Of a stretch of 44,205 bases of DNA, positions 8,814 to 18,031 are shown one piece after another. A program made the position numbers and the translations under genes. Numbering within the stretch: position 1 is the first letter of the stretch; each line of letters begins with the position of its first letter. The stretch lies in the IMG/VR virus record IMGVR_UViG_3300043443_000124, positions 1 through 44,205 of that record, one strand, 5' to 3'. The stretch comes from a virus. Lineage: Duplodnaviria > Caudoviricetes. The notes under the pieces are model-generated. The model was given only the letters and a program-made list of their open reading frames with translations, was not told where the DNA came from and did not search any database.

Positions 8814-10924
8814 TAAATTACGGCCTTTCCGTCAACAATTGTAACTCCAGAGATCGGAACCGAGGGCTCGGTGACTAGCTCAATAGAGACTTCCTCTGGG
8901 TATCCAGGACTATCAGGTACTGATACGTCGTAGGATACAATTTTTCTGACCAGCACACCGTTGTCAGTTCCGTAGTCTTGCTCTAAATAGCTGTCTGCAC
9001 GCAATGATGCAAAATCATCATTTAGTTTAATAGAGCACCAGTCTCCAGGGTTATATGTACCGAGTTTTGGATAAGCAGAGCCATTCACAGAAATAGTGAA
9101 AGTGCTGATCGGTGGTACAGATTCTGCCAGTAGTCTAGAAGCCTGTTTCCACAGAACTCCCTCCTGAGGGGAGTCTAGAGTATCAACCGCATCGAGCAGC
9201 GGCCACCCCTCTCTCAGAAGTTTGTGGTTTGACGCAGCCGAGTACGGTTGGCTAGCATCGGATGATAGTCGATCATCTTTACCTTGAATAAAGAATCTTG
9301 TAGCAGCATCTTCTGCATTCTCTTCGAAGTCTGCTTGCAAGATATTTCCAGGATACTCAAAAATCAATTCTGTAGCTCCATAAGCGCTAGCAGGGATCGA
9401 TCCAGAGAATCCAGCCTCCTGCTCGTCTAGCCATGCAGTTAAAGTTGCTGGGACTAGAGGTAGGAACTTGAAATATTTCTTAAATGAATTGCTGGCTGAG
9501 TCATAGACACAGTCGACTCGGTACTCGAAACCATTCGGCTTAGTTGAATAGTCCTCGAATATCTCTGCAACAGTCTTTAGCTCGAAACCTCGAATAACTG
9601 GATTGGCTTCACGATTAGAGCTAAATTGATCGTTATAGCTTAAGTCCAAACCTATATCACCTAGAGTTGAAAACTCTCCAAATGTGCTATAAGTAGCAGA
9701 GGCTCTACGTTTTACTGTTGGAGGATAGGTAGTAGAGTCAGTTTCCGTGTAGCTCTTTGCGATATTTGCTCCATACATAACAACCTTGAACTCGGTGTTC
9801 GACGGAGTGGCGTCTGGATCAACGTAGATCGTATAGTAGCCATCAAAAGTCTCGCTAACATTGTCGATGTAGACAATGTCCCCTTCCTCGAAAGGATGAG
9901 CAGACGTTGTCTCGAAAGTTGCAATGTTTGCAGAACGCTTAAAGCTACTAACAGTTCTGGTGAAATCAGAGACGTTGGTAGTAGCTACGTCGCTACCAGG
10001 GTTTGAATATGTGAAGCTCTTGTCACCTAGAACAGCCAGAACAGTGGCCTCTTTATTGTTAAACCCTGAAGAAACTTCAACGTCAGCAATAGTGACTTTT
10101 TGGCCTGGCACCATTTCGTGCTTCTTGGAGGTGACAACAGTAGTTACGTTACCTGATCTGCCAACGCTAACGATTTCGTTGAATAAATCGATACCTGGTC
10201 TAATTGAGTCATTAGCAAAGTCAAAGTCAAATAGATCAGTATTAAGCTCACGCAGCAAATCCTGAGCAAACTGATAAGTATCTTGTCTGGTCTCAACGGT
10301 AATTGGGTTTTCTTCACCGATAGAGATCTCTGGTATAGTTTTAGTTCTACCCAGCTCGTCTACGTATGTAGCTGGGACAGTGATGTAGGACCTGTCATCT
10401 TCTGTAAGTCCAGTAGTTAGAACTTCAAAGTAGCCGTTGTACTTCACGTAGTCAGTAATCCAGTAGAGATATACTGCCTCGCCTACGGCAAAATTGTACT
10501 GACCGCCAGTCAGCGTAACGGTTAAAGTGTCGTTAGCAACTTCAGCAATCGCTTCATATGAACTGTTCCAAGTTTTCCACACAACACGATGCGCTAGATA
10601 GCTAGTGAATTCGGCTGCGGTCACTGAAAGAACCTTATCAATCAAGCTGTAGGTTCTACCCCAAATAATTCCGCCCCAAACGCAAACGCCATTACGCACT
10701 ACATACACAGCGGTCTTAGCTGGGAGAGTGTTTTCATATAAGCTTAAGTTGTATGTATCTTCAGTGACTGCAATGTCACCAGTAAATCTACCAGCTTCAG
10801 TTAAAGACCTAGAGTATGAAACGCCCTTAAACGGTACTTCAGCTAGAAGCTCGTTTGTCATAAGGTCGCAAACAAAATAGCGATAATCAACAGATTGATT
10901 AGCTGGCGAAGTTGATACTGGCAT
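8813..10924 (-). CDS. Minor tail / baseplate hub protein with inserted repeat domains
   Basis: N-terminus YRYFVCDLMTNELLAEVP...RNGVCVWGGIIW typical of actinophage minor tail proteins; follows the Dit-like gene; three inserted beta modules. Confidence 0.8.
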   Translation of the reverse strand: MPVSTSPANQSVDYRYFVCDLMTNELLAEVPFKGVSYSRSLTEAGRFTGDIAVTEDTYNLSLYENTLPAKTAVYVVRNGVCVWGGIIWGRTYSLIDKVLSVTAAEFTSYLAHRVVWKTWNSSYEAIAEVANDTLTVTLTGGQYNFAVGEAVYLYWITDYVKYNGYFEVLTTGLTEDDRSYITVPATYVDELGRTKTIPEISIGEENPITVETRQDTYQFAQDLLRELNTDLFDFDFANDSIRPGIDLFNEIVSVGRSGNVTTVVTSKKHEMVPGQKVTIADVEVSSGFNNKEATVLAVLGDKSFTYSNPGSDVATTNVSDFTRTVSSFKRSANIATFETTSAHPFEEGDIVYIDNVSETFDGYYTIYVDPDATPSNTEFKVVMYGANIAKSYTETDSTTYPPTVKRRASATYSTFGEFSTLGDIGLDLSYNDQFSSNREANPVIRGFELKTVAEIFEDYSTKPNGFEYRVDCVYDSASNSFKKYFKFLPLVPATLTAWLDEQEAGFSGSIPASAYGATELIFEYPGNILQADFEENAEDAATRFFIQGKDDRLSSDASQPYSAASNHKLLREGWPLLDAVDTLDSPQEGVLWKQASRLLAESVPPISTFTISVNGSAYPKLGTYNPGDWCSIKLNDDFASLRADSYLEQDYGTDNGVLVRKIVSYDVSVPDSPGYPEEVSIELVTEPSVPISGVTIVDGKAVI

Positions 10925-10960
10925 CTTTTGTCCTTGATTGTCTTTCTACTAGTTTAGCAG

Positions 10961-11926
10961 CTATCCAATCCAGCCAGATCTCCACAGGATCTGGCAAGAA
11001 TAGCTACTGCTAACTAGGTTGTTGTCTGTTTCATACTTGATGACATTTGTCCCTGGCTGTAGATATATCCAGTCCACTAGAACCTCTGCCTTGCTTCTGG
11101 CATTCAACACGATGTCATCTCCACCTACTACAGGGGTGACTTTGATAATTTCCCTATTGTATGTGTCAATTTCGAGCACGTCAGAGGACGCTACCGACGA
11201 GATTACATTTATAGTCTCAGCTGTTGTGTTGTTGGTGATAGACCAATAGTTAGAATCAGATGCATTAACTCCACCAGTGAGCGCAAAGACTACTGGAACT
11301 GGAACGTTTCCAGTATTCTCTACACTTATCTGGCTACCTACGGTAATAGTGGAAGATTGATATCCGTCAGGATTACCATCTACATATTCGTATTTAATTG
11401 GGTCTACGGCTTTGAACCCAATAGAAAAATCATGACGGCCACGAGCGTTTACGCTCATAATTTGCGGTGCTCCGCTTAGACGAACATAGGCGGCTTTACC
11501 GTTAACAGACGTGCCACTTTCATAGACGACTAGCCAACCTCCAGTTTTCACAAGGTTGGCCGCTTCAATTAATGAATTTCTGGCGGCAGAAGCGTCTTCT
11601 GGTCTTTGAGGTAAAAATGATCCGTTTAGAGTAATGAGTCGGTTAGCCCATCGGCCTTTAGCATCATATGACCCGTCACCCCAACCCCTAGGTAAGTCTG
11701 GAAGCTCTGGTTCTGGTAGGGTCCACCAGCCTTCGATCTCTGACACTACCCACACAACGCCATTCTCGTCGATAGTGTTTAAGGTCAGCCCATTTAGTAC
11801 CACATCTTGTCTAAGTTTTAGGCCAGATATATGAGGCGTTGGTAGCTTACTGAGTGAAGTATTTACAAGTTTGTTTTCTTCACTTTGCGCGACAGGGTCT
11901 ACGCTGTAGTCGTAATATTCAGCCAT
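10961..11926 (-). CDS. Distal tail protein (Dit-like minor tail protein)
   Basis: Directly after the tape measure gene. Motifs IEGWW, R.ITLNG, F.AVDP.KY, NTGNVPVP and C-terminal LQPGTN...WRSGW. Confidence 0.82.
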   Translation of the reverse strand: MAEYYDYSVDPVAQSEENKLVNTSLSKLPTPHISGLKLRQDVVLNGLTLNTIDENGVVWVVSEIEGWWTLPEPELPDLPRGWGDGSYDAKGRWANRLITLNGSFLPQRPEDASAARNSLIEAANLVKTGGWLVVYESGTSVNGKAAYVRLSGAPQIMSVNARGRHDFSIGFKAVDPIKYEYVDGNPDGYQSSTITVGSQISVENTGNVPVPVVFALTGGVNASDSNYWSITNNTTAETINVISSVASSDVLEIDTYNREIIKVTPVVGGDDIVLNARSKAEVLVDWIYLQPGTNVIKYETDNNLVSSSYSCQILWRSGWIG

Positions 11927-14811
11927 TAGATAGTTCCTTTACGCATCTCAAACGCCAGCTGGCGAGACACTGCAGCTGCTAGTTCCTTCTCGTCCATCCC
12001 AGGAGCTGGGTTTACAGTGATATTGATACCCTGACCTCCACCCATCTGGTTAATGAGCGCAATGTCTCGATCTGATAGGCCATTAGGGTTCAATGGTTCG
12101 ATTCGCTCTGGTCTACCAGCCTCGGCTACGGTTACCATAGTTCCACCATCAGAAGGATATACAGTACCACCTAGGGCTAGTTTAGGAGTTCCATCTGCCT
12201 TAGTTTTTGTTCCAGTCCCCGATTTAGCATTCTGGCCTGCTAGATATTTATCAAGGTTCTTCTTAGCATCTCCAGTCCAGTCAACCAAGGTGAGCTTGGA
12301 GATCTTAGCCTTGCCGAGGTCCAAACCAAAAGTGTCTTTTACGAACTTACCTAAAGGTCCTTCGGCAATGCTAGAGATGAATGAATTTATTCTATCTAAG
12401 ATGCCTACGTTAATTAAGGTGATAACACCATTTACGATGAACTGAATAATTCCCAGGAGCGCGATACCAATTCCACCAAAGATTTTTGCTAGACCGCTTC
12501 CAAAGTTTCCTTTGAAGAGATCCATAATTCCCTCGATGACAGTCCCGACGCTGTCAAATAGAACTCCCACGGTGTTAGAGATAAAATCAATAATGCTACT
12601 TAGGGAGTTTATAATTCCCTCGATTGCTCCACCAACCGCAGGGATTATGCCTTCTAGTAGGAACTTCAGGATTGGGTCAAAGGCGGCCATCAAGCCACCT
12701 AGACCCTCATTGCCGAAGAGGTTATCAAACAGTCCACCGATAGACTCCCAGAGGCCACTGAAGGCTTCCCCAACTCCAGCAAGAACGGTATCAACCATGA
12801 TACGGAAGTCTTCGAATTTATTGTAGAACTCTATAATCTTCGAAATGATAAAGATAATAACGCCAACGATACCGCCAGCCTTGAGAGTCTTACCTAGGTT
12901 ACCGAAAACACCACCACCAGGCTTGTCCCCAAATAGTTTAGTGACAGGTCCCAGTAGGCCATTCATTTTAGCAAAGGCGAAGGCTATATAGCCGATAAAC
13001 ACATTGAATCCGAAAGCTACGGCATCGATAATGACACCTAGGGCCGAGAAGAATCCAATAATAGGACCGACCTTATCGAGGAAGCCTTGAACTCCTTCTG
13101 CCTCTAAGAAGTCTGCAAGTTTATCAGCACCAACGCTTAGAGTGTCGAAGAATGCTGACAGCTGCTTAGAGTCAGTAAGTGCAGCAAAGATTCTAACTAC
13201 GTTTACAACAAGCTCAGCGAAAGATGGACCTGCATCAATAAATGCATCCAGCATCTTACCGATATATGGAGCACCTTCAGCTAACTTGTCAAAAGTCTTA
13301 GCAATGTTTGGATTATCGGCTACGCCTAGCACTTGCTTAACTAGTTCGCCGATAGAGGACAGCACAGCACGAGCATTGACCATAGCGTCTTTGAAGAACT
13401 TCTTACCAGAGTCTGGGTCCTCAGAGAACATGGTCTTGAAGCCTTCAGACGCTTCTGTGAACCACTTAAGCATCTCTTCGCCAGCACTGCCAGGGCCAGT
13501 TGTTAGCTTGATTAGGTTACCGAACCCGCCAAAAACGTTTCCAATAACCTTCCCCCACTTGGCTGCCTCTGCTCCAGCATCGTTGAAGAACTTAGTCAGG
13601 CTGCCATCAGCATTCATCTGAGTGAGAGTGTCAGACCATGTCTTGGTTAGGTCAACAATCCACTTTAGACCGCCCTGAGCCAGCTCATCTGTTGCGTCCA
13701 TAATAGACAAGAAAATATCTGCAACGTTTCCAACTAGATCTCCGATTAGATCAAGAGTTGGTTGCATTTCCAATAGGATGCGATCAATCTTTGCTACGTT
13801 ATCTGGAGTTGCAATTCGCTGGAAGACTTTGTCAATGTTTGTTCCAATTTTCCCAGCAACTTCTGGGAGCCGCTTATCGAGGATAGGGAACAGCTTTTTC
13901 TCAAAAATGTCTACAGAGTTATATAGAGGCTTAAGAAAGGCTTCTGACATCTTGAGTTTTAAAGCATCAAGTTTAGGGGTTAGCTGTAGTAGCCTCTTTG
14001 CAAATTCCTTTTGGGCAGAGTTCAGGCCGTCGAATGCATCAGCACCGCCACTCTTATCCTTCTGAGCATCCTTAAATGCGTCATAGCCATCCTTGACTAC
14101 TTCATTTAGGTCTTTAGTCTTATCTTTAGCCCGTCTGAATGCTAGGTCAGCCTTCTTATACTCAAGTTCTGCTTCTCTTCTTGCAGCCGAGTTAGGCGGG
14201 AGGTCTGCAGTTCTTCTAAGGTTCTCAAAAGCTCGTTCTAGATTAAGAGCAGCTTCCTCCTCGCTGTAGGAGGCAGCTTCTGCATCGAAGAGAAGCTGCT
14301 GCCACTCTTCTCTAATCTCCTTTAGTGACTTGGTGTAGCCACCATTTTGCTGTGTAGCCTTTTTCACGGAGTCAAAGATTCCACCAAATGCTGTCTTAGC
14401 AATTAGCATGCCAACTTTAAGTGTGACGAATGCGTTAGCCAGACCTGCAGCAGCAGGGGCAGCTTTCAGTAAGGAGCCGATAAGAGGACCGATAGAGACT
14501 ACAACAGACGAGATGGCACCAACTAGAGAGCCTAATGCCCCCTGAAGTACATACCCAGTTCTCATAAGAGACTGGAATCTCTCTCTAGCTGACTCTGCCT
14601 CTGGTACTAAGCTTTTCAGTCCATCAGCAAGCTGCCCAAATGTAGTCTTGGCTTGACTTCTATTGAAGCCGTCAGCAAACCCGTCGCCAATTTTCCTACC
14701 AGCACCGATAGAGATGCTCTTCGAGATATTACTTAAAGTTCCCTTAAGCTCTTTCTCGAAATTGTTAGTTATAGCTCTAACAACTATCTCTGCATGTCCA
14801 ATTACAGCCAT
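11926..14811 (-). CDS. Tape measure protein
   Basis: 961 aa, helical and Ala/Gly/Leu-rich with a hydrophobic middle region; C-terminal LALGG...VAEAGRPE motif; follows the tail chaperone pair. Confidence 0.92.
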   Translation of the reverse strand: MAVIGHAEIVVRAITNNFEKELKGTLSNISKSISIGAGRKIGDGFADGFNRSQAKTTFGQLADGLKSLVPEAESARERFQSLMRTGYVLQGALGSLVGAISSVVVSIGPLIGSLLKAAPAAAGLANAFVTLKVGMLIAKTAFGGIFDSVKKATQQNGGYTKSLKEIREEWQQLLFDAEAASYSEEEAALNLERAFENLRRTADLPPNSAARREAELEYKKADLAFRRAKDKTKDLNEVVKDGYDAFKDAQKDKSGGADAFDGLNSAQKEFAKRLLQLTPKLDALKLKMSEAFLKPLYNSVDIFEKKLFPILDKRLPEVAGKIGTNIDKVFQRIATPDNVAKIDRILLEMQPTLDLIGDLVGNVADIFLSIMDATDELAQGGLKWIVDLTKTWSDTLTQMNADGSLTKFFNDAGAEAAKWGKVIGNVFGGFGNLIKLTTGPGSAGEEMLKWFTEASEGFKTMFSEDPDSGKKFFKDAMVNARAVLSSIGELVKQVLGVADNPNIAKTFDKLAEGAPYIGKMLDAFIDAGPSFAELVVNVVRIFAALTDSKQLSAFFDTLSVGADKLADFLEAEGVQGFLDKVGPIIGFFSALGVIIDAVAFGFNVFIGYIAFAFAKMNGLLGPVTKLFGDKPGGGVFGNLGKTLKAGGIVGVIIFIISKIIEFYNKFEDFRIMVDTVLAGVGEAFSGLWESIGGLFDNLFGNEGLGGLMAAFDPILKFLLEGIIPAVGGAIEGIINSLSSIIDFISNTVGVLFDSVGTVIEGIMDLFKGNFGSGLAKIFGGIGIALLGIIQFIVNGVITLINVGILDRINSFISSIAEGPLGKFVKDTFGLDLGKAKISKLTLVDWTGDAKKNLDKYLAGQNAKSGTGTKTKADGTPKLALGGTVYPSDGGTMVTVAEAGRPERIEPLNPNGLSDRDIALINQMGGGQGINITVNPAPGMDEKELAAAVSRQLAFEMRKGTI

Positions 14812-14814
14812 GGA

Positions 14815-15186
14815 TTATCCGATCGGTGCGTCTAGTACAGCGCCAAATGGGTTGGCTGACTCTGGGTCAAACTGGGTAGGCGGTATGTACGGTTTAATCT
14901 CATCTGGATCACTGTAAAAATTATCACCAGACGATGATTTGATTTTTGATTTAATTCCGTACCTGTAATCCATGCCATACATACCGTATAGAGCAGAACG
15001 AACAGCGCTAACCGCTTCAGCTTCTTCGGCAGACCCGTATCTAGAGTCTTCCTCAAAAAAGTAGTGCACGACGTCTAGCATGTCACGCAACTCCATGTCT
15101 GCCAACCTTAGGCCTAAAGTTAGCGCTTTTCCGTTCACATATGGCCAGAGATCAACGGCCCATTCGATTAGACCTCTGGCTGCTGA
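14815..15186 (-). CDS. Tail assembly chaperone, -1 frameshift extension (gpGT-like)
   Basis: The 14815..15138 ORF lies in the -1 frame relative to 15168..15500. Its frame stays open back to the slippery heptamer, reading ...SAARGLIEWAVDLWPYVNGKAL... Confidence 0.85.
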   Translation of the reverse strand, partial: SAARGLIEWAVDLWPYVNGKALTLGLRLADMELRDMLDVVHYFFEEDSRYGSAEEAEAVSAVRSALYGMYGMDYRYGIKSKIKSSSGDNFYSDPDEIKPYIPPTQFDPESANPFGAVLDAPIG

Positions 15187-15500
15187 TTTGGGCGATCTGC
15201 GTACTGCTCAACAAGCCACCCTGTAATCTCTCCCAGTGTTTCGGTTGTAACTACGCGTTCCTTATCCACTAGGAGTGCGTTGAATCTAACCAAGCTCTCC
15301 GCAGTGAGTACTGTAGAGAAGAAATCATTAATAATTGCAGCCTGCTCCGCGGCATCGGCTGAACCTGACTTTGCTACCATGTCCAACATAACCTTGCCAG
15401 GCATGACTGGGACACAGATATACTCTTCTTCAAAAATCTTGAACGAGATAGGTTCTGCATTTTCAATCTTCGGTGATCCGAAGTCTCTGAACTTTGTCAT
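15168..15500 (-). CDS. Tail assembly chaperone (gpG-like)
   Basis: 110 aa, upstream of the tape measure gene; ends WLVEQYADRPN across the slippery site. Confidence 0.85.
   Translation of the reverse strand: MTKFRDFGSPKIENAEPISFKIFEEEYICVPVMPGKVMLDMVAKSGSADAAEQAAIINDFFSTVLTAESLVRFNALLVDKERVVTTETLGEITGWLVEQYADRPNQQPEV
15186..15192 (-). other. Programmed -1 ribosomal frameshift site C CCA AAT
   Basis: Minus strand CGC CCA AAT gives an in-frame X XXY YYZ heptamer a few codons before the stop. A -1 slip enters the downstream ORF. Confidence 0.85.
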
Positions 15501-15558
15501 ATTAGTCGTTTCCTATTTCTTGCATCATTTGTGTGTAGACGAATGTCAACACCTAATA

Positions 15559-15566
15559 ATTTTACC
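15559..15566 (-). promoter_or_regulatory. Recurrent GGTAAAAT promoter -10 element
   Basis: TTACGGTAAAATTA in the intergenic gap before the tail chaperone; the same core occurs in three other intergenic gaps. Confidence 0.6.
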
Positions 15567-15576
15567 GTAAAGTTAG

Positions 15577-16122
15577 CTACCTGAGTGAGCGTCGCTGGGA
15601 TCTCACTACGGTAGTCATTGGTGTGGTTAGGTACTTATTAGGCCTTGTCCCAGGGTGCCTGACAATCTGAGTGTGGATGACCCTAGAGCCTTTCATAAAG
15701 ACTAGATTTCCGCCTGGCTTATTAGGGGTAATGATGTGAGGCTTAGTCCCCTGGTGGTGCATAAGAGCATAATGAGTGTAAGCACCAATTTTAACCCCAG
15801 GGCCCATGGTGTTTCTAGGTATGTGCTGGAATTTGATGCTTTTCATCAATCTTCCAGTCTTTTTGCCCACTTGAAGTTTCGCCAGTTGAGTAATTCTGTT
15901 AGCAGTTCTATGCAAGTGACGGCCAACAGTACCAAAGTTGTGGTTAAGCTCGAAGTTTAAGATTGGCTTATAGACCACTAACTTACCAAATGTCATAGAC
16001 ACTTGCATGTTTCTAGGTCTTAGGTTTAATCCCTTATTTCTAAAATCTTTAGCAGCGCTTTTGTAGATTTTACTAGCACCAGTGACCCAGGGGCTGTCGG
16101 GGATTAGTCCGTAGGCTGGCAT
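15577..16122 (-). CDS. Neck / tail completion protein (HK97 gp10-like)
   Basis: Basic protein with KTGRLMKSI, YALMHHQGT and VRHPGTRPNKYL motifs; located in the head-tail joining region. Confidence 0.7.
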   Translation of the reverse strand: MPAYGLIPDSPWVTGASKIYKSAAKDFRNKGLNLRPRNMQVSMTFGKLVVYKPILNFELNHNFGTVGRHLHRTANRITQLAKLQVGKKTGRLMKSIKFQHIPRNTMGPGVKIGAYTHYALMHHQGTKPHIITPNKPGGNLVFMKGSRVIHTQIVRHPGTRPNKYLTTPMTTVVRSQRRSLR

Positions 16123-16631
16123 TATGGTACCGCCATAGTGACAACCATATCAGTTGTCTGGAATCCGCCTTCAGGAGCACTTACTTCAAGTGTTGCGATA
16201 ACGCCAACACCATAGCCAGTCTCATCCCACTGGTCTAGTTGATTGATGCATTCCATCAATACCCAGGCGTCAATAGCCATTACCTCTGCGGCGGCCTCGA
16301 TCTTCTCTGGTGCTGGAGGTCTACCGTTCTGGCTAACAATAGGTGTAGCTCGTGCAATAGAGACAGTTAAAGTGGCACTCCTAGGAACGTGGCAACGCTG
16401 CGGTTCGCCAACCTGCGCACCTGGAGGGCCTAAGTATAGCTGCTGAAAATAGACAACTAACTGTTCGCAGTCCACAGCTGGAGTAGCCATAGCCCAGTAA
16501 CGACGGGCTGGCAACTCAACGTTGTATGACTGGAAAACAGCTTGTACCCTCTCCAGCACACCCTGCATCATATCCCTGAGATTTACCGCATCCTCAGAGA
16601 CTCCAGTTAAGTCTAATTCTTGGCTAGGCAT
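16122..16631 (-). CDS. Probable tail terminator / head-tail connector protein
   Basis: 169-aa acidic protein between the adaptor and the gp10-like gene; call rests mainly on gene order and size. Confidence 0.55.
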   Translation of the reverse strand: MPSQELDLTGVSEDAVNLRDMMQGVLERVQAVFQSYNVELPARRYWAMATPAVDCEQLVVYFQQLYLGPPGAQVGEPQRCHVPRSATLTVSIARATPIVSQNGRPPAPEKIEAAAEVMAIDAWVLMECINQLDQWDETGYGVGVIATLEVSAPEGGFQTTDMVVTMAVP

Positions 16632-16637
16632 CAGTGA

Positions 16638-16823
16638 TTACTCCTCTACAGAGGTTTCCTCTGCCTTAACTTCTACTACTTCTTCAACCACTACTGGCTC
16701 TACAACTACTGGCTCTACCTTAGGAGCAGGAGCAGCAGCTTTAGGTGCAGGAGCAGCCTTCTTTGCTTTAGGCTTCGCAATACCCAACATGTCCTGGGCA
16801 CGGAAGTTAGTCTGAATCGACAT
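16638..16823 (-). CDS. Small low-complexity protein (Lys/Ala/Pro-rich, then Glu/Val-rich)
   Basis: Start moved to ATG 16823 (MSIQTNF) because AAGGA lies just upstream and this removes the overlap with the adaptor gene. Confidence 0.6.
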   Translation of the reverse strand: MSIQTNFRAQDMLGIAKPKAKKAAPAPKAAAPAPKVEPVVVEPVVVEEVVEVKAEETSVEE

Positions 16824-16836
16824 ATTTCCTTCTTTC

Positions 16837-17955
16837 TTAGTACATCTTGATCTGGAGGTTTCCAGATGCAAGTTCGACCAGGCTCTCTACTTCATCTTCG
16901 GTTGAAGATGCGTAGAGTGTCCAGGTTCCTGGGTCCACCATACCTAGAGCAGCTTTCGCTTTTGCGTAGGTAATAGTGAAATCTAACTTGTCTTCGGCGT
17001 AGTTGATGACTACATCGGAAGGGTCCAAAATAACTGACGTAGTTTCTCCGTAGTTACGAAGAATTACCTTTGGAGTATAAATATTGTTCTGCGGAAAGAA
17101 GTTGCTGAGATCGGTACCGCTACCAGTGGAAGTCCAGCTGATTGAAGCCGAGTTAGATGTGGCACTCAACACTAGGTCGAACTCTACATCTGGAACTAGT
17201 CTCAAGGGTTTTGCAACATACTTGCGAGCACGAGGAGTGTCTACCGAGAAAACTTTAGACTTGCGACGCGCATTATCTGGATTGACTGTCTTTAGGAATA
17301 AGTCAATCTCGTAGAGGCCAGTACGTAGCTCGTCGATGAACTCTTGATTATCAAGAATGGTATAAGAGACGCCCTGACGCGATACGGAAGTTACACGCTG
17401 AGGCAGCTCGCACATTTCGTCGCCAGCCCAAAGGCGGGCAAACTCGATGGCTAGCTTACGTGCTGCCATCTTTCCAGCAGTAGGAACTGGAATCCCATAA
17501 GCATACGTAATCTCCACGTTGCAAGGAGTCCAAGGGGTTCCAGCCTTGATGTGAATAGTCGAGTGATCTACTAGGTAGTAGCTGTTAGGGTCAAGAATCT
17601 GACCGTTTTTATTACGCATAGAAATAATGCGCGTTACTGGCCTACCACGTAGTCTGATTCTGGCGTCTGGCGATAGGCCATCAGCAACGAGCTCAGAGTA
17701 TTCATCATAGTCGCCAGACGGAATGTTATATACGTCACCGCCAAAAAGTACAGGACTATTAGTGCGGTCAGAAGGACCCATTCGATTATTCCGAAGGGTA
17801 CAGGTGTATCGTTCGGTAACAATGGTTTCTCCTGTATATTTACGGCCTGACATGGCCCAGAGTAGGTTGGATGCCACCTGAGCTGCTTCTAGAGTGAACT
17901 CGGTGTACGCATAGTCTCCCATTTCCTCAGGGAGAATCCAAAGATTGCTTGCCAT
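16837..17955 (-). CDS. Head-to-tail adaptor with C-terminal extension
   Basis: ASNLLWAMSGRKY, ITYAYG.PVP, LA.EFA, C.LP.RVTSVSRQGVS and TGLYEIDLFL..VNP, all typical of actinophage adaptors. Confidence 0.82.
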   Translation of the reverse strand: MASNLWILPEEMGDYAYTEFTLEAAQVASNLLWAMSGRKYTGETIVTERYTCTLRNNRMGPSDRTNSPVLFGGDVYNIPSGDYDEYSELVADGLSPDARIRLRGRPVTRIISMRNKNGQILDPNSYYLVDHSTIHIKAGTPWTPCNVEITYAYGIPVPTAGKMAARKLAIEFARLWAGDEMCELPQRVTSVSRQGVSYTILDNQEFIDELRTGLYEIDLFLKTVNPDNARRKSKVFSVDTPRARKYVAKPLRLVPDVEFDLVLSATSNSASISWTSTGSGTDLSNFFPQNNIYTPKVILRNYGETTSVILDPSDVVINYAEDKLDFTITYAKAKAALGMVDPGTWTLYASSTEDEVESLVELASGNLQIKMY

Positions 17956-17977
17956 GTAAGTACCTCTTTATAAGTTT

Positions 17978-18020
17978 AACGGGTGGCAGCCCTAGTTAGT
18001 TTCTAGAGCTACCACCCGTT
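17978..18020 (-). terminator. Long hairpin after the major tail gene
   Basis: Minus strand AACGGGTGGTAGCTCTAG-AAACTAA-CTAGGGCTGCCACCCGTT, an 18-bp stem with G-U pairs and no U-tract. Confidence 0.7.
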
Positions 18021-18031
18021 TGTTCTAGGGA

